Shown one piece after another: positions 18,282 to 27,500 of a DNA stretch of 64,000 bases (positions within the stretch are counted from its first letter, which is position 1; every line of letters begins with the position of its first letter). The notes under the pieces are model-generated. The model did not search any database. It saw only the letters and a list, made by a program, of their open reading frames with translations, and was not told the origin of the DNA. The stretch comes from Kiritimatiellia bacterium (GTDB taxonomy: Bacteria > Verrucomicrobiota > Kiritimatiellia > RFP12 > UBA1067): NCBI GenBank assembly GCA_034003585.1, contig JAVEYH010000003.1, positions 13,523 to 77,522 of the forward strand, written 5' to 3'. The position numbers and the translations under genes were made by a program.

Positions 18282-19427
18282 TCAGACCCGCCGCGACGGC
18301 ATCCGCTCCTCTTCGATCCGGAGCATGCCTTTCGTATCCCCCTGCCCGGGCAGATACGGTTCCGCCGCGTACAGCCGTTTGGCATTCATCTTCTGCAACA
18401 GGTCCCGCAACTGGATCACGGCGTCATAGCACAGGTTGATCATGTCCTGCCGCGACTTCTCGTCTTTGACGCCGCCCATCTTGAGAATTTCGATGCTGGT
18501 CAGCAGCACCGTGGCGGGCTGGCCCAGCGAATGGCACACTCCGGCCAGACTCTCCATCATCACGCGGTTGCGCTCCACCTGACTCTCGGCGATCTCGGCG
18601 CGCCGGCGCTCCGCCGTGTCGCGCAGCGAGATCACCATGCCGCGCAGCTCATCGTCGTCGTTGATATCCGGCACCGCCGCGATCTGAAGCCAGCGCGCCT
18701 GCTCGTTGACCAGCAGCCGCTGTTCGCCGATCCAGCTCTTGCGCTGCCGGACGTTGGCGAGCATCGGCACAATCACGGCCTTGTGGTCGAACCAGGCCGA
18801 CAAATGGCCGCCGAACACCTCGGTCTCCTCCCCGCCCGCCAGCAGATGCACCATCATGCGGTTGGCGTAAACGACCTTGCCCTCCATGTCCGCGATGCCG
18901 ATGCCCGAGTCGGTGTTGTCCATCGCGTGGTAGACCGAGAGCAGCCGCTGCTCGGCCTGCCACCGCGACTGGATGTCGCGGATGAGATAACAGACCGGTT
19001 CGGGAACGCGCAACCCGTTGCCCATGGCCACGATCTCCACGGCGGAGAGGCTGCCGTCCCTGCGCACCGCGAACGCCTGAATGCGCATGTACCGGCTTTC
19101 CGAGATCACCGCCAGGATCTCCTCCAGCAGCGAAGAGGTCACACCGGCCACCAGCGTGCCCAGCGGCACGCCGGACAGGCCCCGCTCCCGTTCGCCGTAC
19201 TGGAAGAACGAGGTCGCGCGGGCGTTCGCCTCCAAAACGATCCCGTGCCGGTCAGCCAGCAGGATCGCATCGTACGCGCTCTCGAACAGAAACCGGTAAT
19301 CCAACTTGCCGAAATAATCCGCCTGGACCTCTACCCCGGAACGGTCGGCCACGGTGGAACGCCCGTAACCCAATGAGCGGATATCGATTTTGATGGTCTG
19401 TGATTTGTCGTTCGTACTCATCGTCAT
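18282..19427 (-). CDS. PAS-domain protein with C-terminal DHp (HisKA)-like helix but no ATPase domain
   Basis: Two PAS-like segments, then ...MESLAGVCHSLGQPATVLLTSIEIL. No HATPase_c follows. Start at MTMSTNDK, preceded by AGGGGCGCC. This is the first gene of the minor-pilin operon. Confidence 0.6.
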   Translation of the reverse strand: MTMSTNDKSQTIKIDIRSLGYGRSTVADRSGVEVQADYFGKLDYRFLFESAYDAILLADRHGIVLEANARATSFFQYGERERGLSGVPLGTLVAGVTSSLLEEILAVISESRYMRIQAFAVRRDGSLSAVEIVAMGNGLRVPEPVCYLIRDIQSRWQAEQRLLSVYHAMDNTDSGIGIADMEGKVVYANRMMVHLLAGGEETEVFGGHLSAWFDHKAVIVPMLANVRQRKSWIGEQRLLVNEQARWLQIAAVPDINDDDELRGMVISLRDTAERRRAEIAESQVERNRVMMESLAGVCHSLGQPATVLLTSIEILKMGGVKDEKSRQDMINLCYDAVIQLRDLLQKMNAKRLYAAEPYLPGQGDTKGMLRIEEERMPSRRV

Positions 19428-19500
19428 TGGCGCCCCTGCGTTACAATCCGTCGTAAACCGCATGTGAGAATCCCGATGCGATCTCAAGCCATGTAGTATT

Positions 19501-19517
19501 AGCAAAAATCATGCCGG
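19501..19517 (-). promoter_or_regulatory. weak sigma-54-like element on the minus strand (CCGGCATGATTTTTGCT) upstream of the PAS/minor-pilin operon
   Basis: GG-N10-GC spacing with TTTGCT at -12 and a degenerate -24. Confidence 0.3.
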
Positions 19518-19566
19518 AACCATTGCCCCCCTTCTGGCACGCGGCAACCGCCTTTTTTCTCCCTTC

Positions 19567-19583
19567 TGCAAAGCCGCTTTGCA
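19567..19583. promoter_or_regulatory. perfect 8-1-8 palindrome TGCAAAGC-C-GCTTTGCA in the divergent PAS-operon/pilM intergenic region
   Basis: Read directly. Candidate regulator binding site. Confidence 0.4.
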
Positions 19584-19706
19584 AAAACGAGAATCCGGGG
19601 CGGAGCCGCGACCGGGCCCGCGCCTGACGCCGAACCCTCCGGAAGGCCGCGCGCGAACATGCCGCTTCCGTCCGGGAGCGGCGACCCGCGCTTTTTATCG
19701 TGAAAC

Positions 19707-19722
19707 TGGCACTGTTTCTGCT
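19707..19722 (+). promoter_or_regulatory. sigma-54 promoter (TGGCAC-N5-CTGCT) immediately upstream of pilM
   Basis: Same motif as the pilA and pilB promoters. The -12 GC is only about 15 nt before the pilM ATG, implying a leaderless or very short leader mRNA. Confidence 0.5.
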
Positions 19723-19734
19723 TACTTTACCCAT

Positions 19735-20751
19735 ATGACCAAGGGGTTACCCATATCCGCGCTTGCGCGGCAATCCAAGCCGCTCACCGACATTGTGGGG
19801 ATCGAGGTGGGTTCCGGTAATCAGGACGGCGTTCCCGCGGTGCGCCTGCGCAAGCGTAACAACCGGTTCGAGCTGCTGGCCGCCGGGTTCCTGCCCTTGC
19901 CGGGAACCCTGCCCCTGGATCAGGATGCCGCGCAGAAGTCCGCGCCGGTCTGGCTGTTGCCGCGGCCGTTTCAGGCCCCGCACGCCGCGCTGGCCATCTC
20001 CTCCCCGCTCGGATTCCTGCGGCATGCCGCGGGAGCGGGGGAGGAGACGCCGGACAAGCAGGCGGTCCCTTTCCGGACCGCCTCCCGCGCCTCAGCTCCG
20101 GAATCCCCGGCGCTGCTGACCGGCCTGCCCGAGTTTCAGGCCGCCTGGGCCGCCCGGCTCCTGCCCGAAGGCCGCCGCCCCACCGCCCGCTCGATCCAGT
20201 TCTCCCCGGCCGCCGCCCTCAACGCGCTGACCGCCTCACCGGGTTTCAGCGCGGTCTCCGGCACGGCCACCGCGCTCTTTGTCTTCGCCGAATTCACCTC
20301 CATCGCCGCCTTCCAGGAGGGGCATCTGATGCTGTACCGCGAACACGCCGCGGGCTATCTGCACCTCCGCAAGGTTGTCAGCCAGCAGATGGGCATTGAT
20401 ATGGCCCTGGCGGACTCCCTGCTTGACGACACGCTGGTCGACCCCACGCCGATCATCGAGCCGGTGCTCCGTCCGCTGTTCAGGCAGGTCGAGATCTCCT
20501 CGGACTTCCTGCTCCGCAGGCGAAACTGCAAGGCGGACCACTTTTTCCTGTGCGGCGTGCCTGCCGGGAACCGTTACTGGTCTTCGGTGTTCGCGCAGAT
20601 GATGAGCCATACGCTCACGCCGCTGCCGCCGTTGGACGGTGCCGAACCCCCGCCCCCGGGCCACTCTGGCGCGGACCCCCTCACGCCGGCCCAGAAACAG
20701 TTGCTGATGACCGCGTATGGCGCGGCGCGCGCCGCTTTGGAGGACGCATGA
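19735..20751 (+). CDS. pilM: type IV pilus assembly protein PilM (actin-like)
   Basis: N-terminus ...IVGIEVGSG. Size and position (first gene of the pilMNOPQ set) fit PilM. Confidence 0.7.
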   Translation: MTKGLPISALARQSKPLTDIVGIEVGSGNQDGVPAVRLRKRNNRFELLAAGFLPLPGTLPLDQDAAQKSAPVWLLPRPFQAPHAALAISSPLGFLRHAAGAGEETPDKQAVPFRTASRASAPESPALLTGLPEFQAAWAARLLPEGRRPTARSIQFSPAAALNALTASPGFSAVSGTATALFVFAEFTSIAAFQEGHLMLYREHAAGYLHLRKVVSQQMGIDMALADSLLDDTLVDPTPIIEPVLRPLFRQVEISSDFLLRRRNCKADHFFLCGVPAGNRYWSSVFAQMMSHTLTPLPPLDGAEPPPPGHSGADPLTPAQKQLLMTAYGAARAALEDA

Positions 20752-21395
20752 GCAGCGTGTACCACCTCAATCTGCTGCGGCCGGAAGAGCACCTGAGCTC
20801 CAGCCCCATCCGCCTCCGGGTGATGCTCCCGATGCTCGCCCTGCTGAGCGCGCTCGGCGTGGGGGTCTGGTGGAGCGTGCTGGCGGGACGCGCCCGCGCC
20901 ATCACCCAGCAGAAAAACGCCATCGAGGCCAACCTGTCGCAACTGAGGCCGACGCACGAAACCGTGCTCGGATTGCGCGCCGAGCAGCGGGACGTGACGG
21001 CGACGTTGGAGCAGCTTGCCTTTTACACGCGGGCGCGGCTGCGCTTCGGCCCCGCGCTTCAGGCGCTCGCGCATCATGTTCCGGACCAGATTCAACTGAC
21101 CGAACTTCATATTCCGCCGCCCCCGGAACCGCCTCCTCCCGATCCCAAAAACCCGGTGTGGGGGCCCACCAACCCGGTGGAGCGCGTCACCCTGCGCCTG
21201 ACGGGACGGACCACCGGCGCCCAACAGGTCGAAACCCTGCTGCGCGCCTTCCGCACCGAGGCCTTCACCAACCTGATCCGCTCCGCCGAAATTCCCAAGG
21301 GCGCCTACCGCCAGGACACGACCCGGCGCGGCGCAAGCAGAGAAACGCTTTTGTTTGAGTTGAACTGCGAATGCGCTTCCAGGAGGTTTGAATGA
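20748..21395 (+). CDS. pilN: PilN-like inner membrane pilus alignment protein
   Basis: YHLNLLRPEE start, a single TM helix, then a periplasmic coiled-coil domain. An ATGA overlap couples it to pilM. Confidence 0.65.
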   Translation: MSSVYHLNLLRPEEHLSSSPIRLRVMLPMLALLSALGVGVWWSVLAGRARAITQQKNAIEANLSQLRPTHETVLGLRAEQRDVTATLEQLAFYTRARLRFGPALQALAHHVPDQIQLTELHIPPPPEPPPPDPKNPVWGPTNPVERVTLRLTGRTTGAQQVETLLRAFRTEAFTNLIRSAEIPKGAYRQDTTRRGASRETLLFELNCECASRRFE

Positions 21396-22003
21396 GCCTT
21401 GACACCTCCATGCTTCACAAAATCGCCCCCTCCATGCAGCGCTCGATCCTGATCACCCTCGCCGGGCTGCTGGTTTCCGCGGCCATGGTCTTTTTCCTGG
21501 TGTGGCCCGCGCGCGCGCGCGTCCACGCGCTCGCCGCGGAGCTGAACACCCTGCGCGACACCCTCGCCACCGTGCGCGCGGATATCGCGGACACGGAAGC
21601 GCAACGGCGGAAAACCGCCGGGGTCCGCTCGCAATACGACGCCCTGGTCCAATCGGGCGTGCTTCAACCGCTCCTCAACTCGTTCGCCATGCGGGGCAAG
21701 TCGCTGCTCGACCCGCTCGCGCAGCAGACCGGGTTCGCGATCGCCAACGTCAAGGACGACCGCTTCCTGCGGCTGCAGGTGCCGAAACAGGCGCCCCTCC
21801 AGCTCCACGGGCGCCAGCTGATCGAGTTCTCGGGCCAGGGCGCCTACACCTCGATCGTGGACTTCATCGCGCTGGCCGAGGAACAGTTGCCCCTCTGCAC
21901 CCTCGCGGGGCTCAAGATCATCAGCCAAACCCAGACTCCGGAGACGCACAAGGCGTTCATCACCTTCGAATGGCCCGCCAAAGGCGAGAAACGGACCCCA
22001 TGA
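21392..22003 (+). CDS. pilO: PilO-like inner membrane pilus alignment protein
   Basis: Single N-terminal TM helix, coiled-coil and alpha/beta domain. ATGA overlap with pilN. Confidence 0.65.
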   Translation: MSLDTSMLHKIAPSMQRSILITLAGLLVSAAMVFFLVWPARARVHALAAELNTLRDTLATVRADIADTEAQRRKTAGVRSQYDALVQSGVLQPLLNSFAMRGKSLLDPLAQQTGFAIANVKDDRFLRLQVPKQAPLQLHGRQLIEFSGQGAYTSIVDFIALAEEQLPLCTLAGLKIISQTQTPETHKAFITFEWPAKGEKRTP

Positions 22004-22554
22004 GAAACGCGCAACACGCAACACGCAACGCACCACGCGCCACGTCTCTGTTCCCGGAGCCGTTTGACGCCGGCTGGGCACGGACCGCGTTTTCCCTCCT
22101 TCTGTTTTGTCTCGCCGCCCTGCCGGCGAGCGCCGCGCGCGACCCCTTCTGGCCCATCGGCTACGAACCGCCGAAACCCGAACCCGCGGTCAAAGAAACC
22201 CGCGAAGTGCCGAAAAAGGCACCGCCGCAACCCGTATCGGCCAAACCAGCCCCTCCCCGGCCCAAACCCCCGGCCGTGAAACCCGTGACCGACGGGGATT
22301 GGGCCGACGCGCGCGCCCTCATCACCGTCACGGGGTTCACCCGCGCGACACGCCCCGACACGGGCGAGACCCGCGCCCTGGCCCTGATCAACCGCCACTC
22401 CTACGCTCCCGGCGACACCCTCTGCCTCACCAACGCCGGCATCGCCTTCCTCTGGCGCATCGATTCCCTTGACAACCGTGAGCTGAAACTGGCGCCGCTC
22501 CAAGCCTCCCGGATCGCCCCGCCCGGCGCGGGCCCCTCCGGAAGCGCGCCCTGA
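22000..22554 (+). CDS. pilP: PilP-like lipoprotein
   Basis: Signal peptide, Pro/Lys-rich linker and a C-terminal beta domain (ALITVTGFTRATRPDTGETRALALINRHSYAPGDTL). ATGA overlap with pilO. Confidence 0.55.
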   Translation: MRNAQHATRNAPRATSLFPEPFDAGWARTAFSLLLFCLAALPASAARDPFWPIGYEPPKPEPAVKETREVPKKAPPQPVSAKPAPPRPKPPAVKPVTDGDWADARALITVTGFTRATRPDTGETRALALINRHSYAPGDTLCLTNAGIAFLWRIDSLDNRELKLAPLQASRIAPPGAGPSGSAP

Positions 22555-22615
22555 CACGCTTTTCCCCGCGTCTTCCCTCCCCATCGATTTTCAACCCAAA
22601 CCCAGGAGTATTCAC

Positions 22616-24484
22616 ATGAACCGTATCAGCCGACTCTGTGCGTTCGTCGCGGCCAGCCTGTGCCTGGCCTGGCAGCCCGTCACGCGCGCCGAAGAGGCCG
22701 CGGCCCCGGCCCCCGTGCCGGCGAACACCCCCTCCGAATCCGGGGCCAAGCCGCCGCAGTCCGCCAAGACCACCGCCTCGGTCCGTGTCACCGATGCCTC
22801 ATCCTCCAGCGAGCCGCTCGTTTCCATGACCTTCGACGAGGCGCCCCTGGCGGATGTGATCAAGGCCTTCCGCGACGCCACAGGGGCCAACATCATCTCC
22901 GGCGGCACCAACGTGCTGCAGGCGAACATCAGCGTCAGCCTCGACAATGTGCCGTGGCGCAAAGGGCTCTCCTCGATCCTGGACCCCCAGGGCCTGCAAC
23001 TGGTCGAGCAGCCCGCCGGATCCGGCATTTACGTGATCAACACGAAAACCGTCGAGGTCCCCAAGATCACCCGCGTGTTCTCGCTCGAGTACATCAAGGC
23101 CGAGGATGTCGCCGACCTGCTGAAAACCACCCTCGGCACCACCGGCGGGATTGTGACTCCCTTCAAAGAGGCCAATGCGGTCATCCTCACCGCCACGGAA
23201 CAGCAGATCACCGAGTGCGAGACCATCATCAAGGCCATCGACAAAGCCTCGCCACAAGTCTACATCGAGGTCCGTTTCGTCGAACTGAACGCGGCCGCCA
23301 GCCGGAAACTGGGCCTGAAATGGGACAGCCTCGGCACAAAAGAAGGCTGGGGCGTGCACGCGGGCACCACCTCCTTCGGTTTTCAGAACGATTACCTCAA
23401 AACCAAAGACAAAGGTACGGACCGCAGCCGGAGTTTCGAATCGGGCGACACCCGTTCCCTCGTGAATGACATTCTGGACATTGAAGAGAACGACGTGAGC
23501 CAGAGCGCCCTGACGCGCACGGTCAAGAGTAATGACGGCTTCACCCAGGCACGCGCCTTCACCGGCACCCTCTCGCTGGACGCCTTCTCCCTCGCCATGA
23601 ACGCCTTCGAGCAGATGGACGGCGTCTCGATCTTCTCCAACCCCAAGATCATCGTGGCCAACGAGAAAGAGGCGGTCGTGGACATGAGCCAAAAGGAGCC
23701 CAACCTGACCGTGACCTCCTCCCGTTCGGGAACCGCTGGCGACCAGCTCGACATCTCGGCCGAACTCGAGGTCATCCCGGGCGAGAAGGGGGACAAGGAC
23801 GGGAAAGGCAAAGGCCTTTTCGCGGGCGAGGCGTTCTTCAGTTACGGCATCACCCTCAAAGTCACGCCGCGCATCAGTTCCACCGGCCTGATCACCCTCA
23901 ACGTGGAACCCTCGATCAGCAAATGGGTCCGTGATTACGAGTTTAAAGGCGTCTCCGATTCCACGCCCACCCCGACATATCCCATCATCTACATGCAGCG
24001 CCTGCAGACGGTCTTCACCATGAACAGCGGCACCACAGCCGTGATCGGCGGCCTGACCACGACAACCGAAAACAACATCGATTCCGGCATCCCTTGGCTG
24101 CGCGAGCTGCCCTGGGTGGGATCGCGCCTGTTCGGCTGGAAGAGCCGCGCCAAAGAGCAGAAGGAGATCATCATCTTCGTTTCCGTCGGTCTGGCCGATC
24201 CCCTCAAACTGCCCGAATCTGTCGGCATGCCGAAAAACGCCATCCTCGGCCGGGACCTGCTGACCGGCGAACTGAAAGAGCCGGGAGACCGCACCAAAGA
24301 AGAGGTGATGAGTCTCCGTGACCCGGCCCGCAAGGCCAAACAGCGCGCGCCCGCGGACGGGACGCCCGCCGCCGCAGGCGGGGCCGCCGCGCCCGCAGCC
24401 GTACCGGCCGCATTGGTGACCGAGAGCGAAGCGGCGAAAACGGCACAGCCGGTCGACACCGCCCCGCTGCTGCAGAACCCGTAG
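22616..24484 (+). CDS. pilQ: type IV pilus secretin PilQ (GspD family)
   Basis: Signal peptide, N0-like domain and the conserved secretin C-domain ...TAVIGGLTTTTENNIDSGIPWLRELPWVGSRLFGWKSRAKEQKEIIIFVS. Confidence 0.9.
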   Translation: MNRISRLCAFVAASLCLAWQPVTRAEEAAAPAPVPANTPSESGAKPPQSAKTTASVRVTDASSSSEPLVSMTFDEAPLADVIKAFRDATGANIISGGTNVLQANISVSLDNVPWRKGLSSILDPQGLQLVEQPAGSGIYVINTKTVEVPKITRVFSLEYIKAEDVADLLKTTLGTTGGIVTPFKEANAVILTATEQQITECETIIKAIDKASPQVYIEVRFVELNAAASRKLGLKWDSLGTKEGWGVHAGTTSFGFQNDYLKTKDKGTDRSRSFESGDTRSLVNDILDIEENDVSQSALTRTVKSNDGFTQARAFTGTLSLDAFSLAMNAFEQMDGVSIFSNPKIIVANEKEAVVDMSQKEPNLTVTSSRSGTAGDQLDISAELEVIPGEKGDKDGKGKGLFAGEAFFSYGITLKVTPRISSTGLITLNVEPSISKWVRDYEFKGVSDSTPTPTYPIIYMQRLQTVFTMNSGTTAVIGGLTTTTENNIDSGIPWLRELPWVGSRLFGWKSRAKEQKEIIIFVSVGLADPLKLPESVGMPKNAILGRDLLTGELKEPGDRTKEEVMSLRDPARKAKQRAPADGTPAAAGGAAAPAAVPAALVTESEAAKTAQPVDTAPLLQNP

Positions 24485-24503
24485 TGAAGCCCGTCAGAAC
24501 GTC

Positions 24504-24533
24504 CCGGCGGCGAAGACTCTCCCGCGCCGCCGG
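24504..24533 (+). other. GC-rich hairpin (9-bp stem CCGGCGGCG/CGCCGCCGG, 12-nt loop) between pilQ and the giant gene; no U-tract
   Basis: Read directly. Possible attenuator or RNA stability element. Confidence 0.3.
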
Positions 24534-24548
24534 AAACGAGGAGCCGCC

Positions 24549-27500
24549 ATGAACACAAACGTTTTCCGCTACCGCCGTCTCGCTACCGCCGCGGCCATGC
24601 TGACCGCCGCCGCGCTCCGGGCCGCCGATTTTTATGTCGCGTCCGACGGCAGCGACACCGCGGCCGGGACCGAAGCGGCGCCGTTCCGCACGATCCAGCG
24701 CGGCGTGGACGCCGCGGCGACCGGCGACCGGGTCTGGGTCGCCCCGGGCCTGTACGCCAACCCGCCCGTCGCCGCCGCAGGAAAATCGCGCCTCGCGATC
24801 ACCAAGAACATCACGGTCCGCAGCACCGGCGGCGCCGCGCAGACCGTCATCCGCGGCCAGCCCCACAGCGACACGCTGCGCTTCGGCAGCGACGCGATCC
24901 GCTGCGTGTACCTGAGCGCGGGCACCCTGGACGGCTTCACCCTCGAAAACGGGTTCGCCAACGCCGCCTCGCCCGGCTCCGACATGACGGACCCGGTCAA
25001 GAACGGCGGCGGCGTGTACACGCCCGACGGCATCCGCGACGCCCAGGTCGTCAACTGCATCATCGCCGGGTGCGGCGCCTACCGCGGCAGCGCCGCGCAC
25101 GGCTCCACCCTGCGCAACTGCACCGTGGTCAGCAACCATGTGAGCAGCACCAGCGGCGCCGCGCTCTTCAGTTGCCATGTCTACAATTCGATCGTGATGT
25201 TCAACGGCCCCTCGAATGACGAGAACTACCCGTATGAGGCCAACAGTGTCGATCAATCGCGTTTCTTTTTCTCCTGCACCAGCCCCGCCCCGGGCCTGAA
25301 CGTGTATGGCGAGACGCGTGACGGCGGCAACAACCTCACCGAGGACCCGCTGTTCGCGGAAGGCTCGCTGCGCCTCGCCGACAACTCGCCCTGCATCAAC
25401 GCGGGCAGCAACGACCACACCAACGGCACGCGCGCCGCGGCCGGAGACGCGCGCGTGCAGGGCGGCACCGCGGATATGGGCGCTTACGAGCGCGGCCAGA
25501 CTTTCAACACCCTGACCGTGATCCACGGCACCGGCGGCGGCGACTATACGAACGGCGCGGTCGTGGCCCTCACCGCCCACCCGGGCCTCGCCTGGCAGCT
25601 CTTCGACGGCTGGACCGGGGAGGTCGCCACCGTGACCGGCACCGCCGACGCCGCAACCACCCTCATCATGCCCGACCGGGACATCACGGTGGTCGCCACC
25701 TACCGCACGCTCACGCTGGATGAGTATCTGGCCGAAGTCCTGGGACTGCCGCAGCCGGTCACGAGCGGCAACCTCGCCTACGGGGACGTCGCGCCCCAAA
25801 TCCCCGAAGTGAAACTCGGGCCGGTGGAGGACGGCGAGTCCGCCTTCCTTTCCACGGTCTACACCAATGGCGGAACCCTTTTCTTCCCGTGGCGCGTCAG
25901 CAGCGAGGCGGGATATGACGAGCTGCGGCTCCTCCTCGACGGCCTCCCCGTCCAAACCTTCTCGGGCGAAGGCTCCGGCATCGCGACGCAGGCCGTGACC
26001 GGAACAGGTCCGCACACCCTCCTTTGGGAGTACCGCAAGGATGTCGAAGCGTCCGACGGCGCGGATGCGGGCTGGGTCGGCGCCGTCACCTGGATCCCCG
26101 AACCGCTGGCCGCCGAATTGGGAGCGCCCGGACATGCGGTCCGCTTCCCGGACGGCCAGCCGGGTGCGCCGCTCCCCTTCCCGTACGGGTACGCGGCCTG
26201 TTTCCTGGACCCCGCGGCACCAGCCGGGGCCGCAGGAGGCGAAGCGGTCCGGCTGGGCGGGCTGGATGCCGGGGGCAACCCCCTCTTCCCGGACGGCTCG
26301 ACCAACCGGCTGGAGGTGACGCTGCAGGGCGCGGGACAACTCTCCTTCCAGTGGTGCGCCTCGAACCAGCTTTCAGACACGGTGATCTGCCTGATCGACG
26401 GCACGGAAGCGGCCCGCGCCAGCGGCACCAAAAACGGGTGGCTCTCCTTCACGACCAACCTGCTCACCGCCGCGGCCCACACGGTCACCTGGGTCTACAC
26501 GAAAAACGCCTCGGGGTTCGCAGGCGCCGACGCGGCCTGGATTGACAACGTCACCTGGGACCGCTTCACCCATACCCTGACCGTCGAGAACGGTCAGGGC
26601 GGCGGGGTCTTTCCTGTCGGGGATCCGGTCACCATCCTGGCGGATGACCCGCCGGCAGGTCAGATGTTCAGCGTCTGGGACGGCGACACGGCGTACCTCG
26701 CCGATCCGGCCGCGCCATCCGCCACGCTGATCATGCCCGACCGCGACATCACCCTCCGCGCGCTCTTCACGCGCGAGGTGTTCCCGCTTGCGGTGGTCAA
26801 CGGCCGCGACGCGGGCGCCTGGCCCAATGCGGTGTGCGAGGGCACAGGGGAGCCCGAGGGCGCGTACCCGGCTGGCGCCTCCGTGCGCCTGGTCGCCGCC
26901 CCCGCACCGCTCTGGTACGTGTTCGACCGCTGGACCGCCTCGGATCCGGGCGCGGCGTTCGACGACGCGCTGGCGGAGGTGACCCGTTTCACCATGCCTT
27001 CCAACGCCGTGACGGTCACCGCGTCGTACCGCGCCCTCAGCAGCAACGAGAAACTCGGCGAAGCGCTCACGATCCGGGGCCAGCCGCTGACCGTCTCCGC
27101 CTTTTCGCCCAGCGGCGTCGTGGCAATCGCCTCCGGCGGTGTCCGGTATGATGATCCGGTGGTCCAGATGGGCGGGCCCGCCGTGGGTCCGGGACAGAGC
27201 GTGACCCTCTCCACCTCTTCCTTCACCGGTGACGGCGTCCTGCTCTTCTGGTGGCACGCCGACGCCGAAGCGGAGTCCGACGGCCTCCGGCTGGAGGTGA
27301 ACGGGCTCACCGCCTCCCCGCTGTACTCCGAAAAGCGGACCAATGACACCGACAAGATCTGGCACCTTTACGGGTTCGGCCTCACCAACGTCACCGAGAT
27401 CACCTGGCGCTTCACGCGGGATGATTCGTATGCCGTGCATCAGAACATCGTGCTCGTCGACCGCGTGACCTGGATTCCCGGCGCGCTCCTCGACGCGCTC

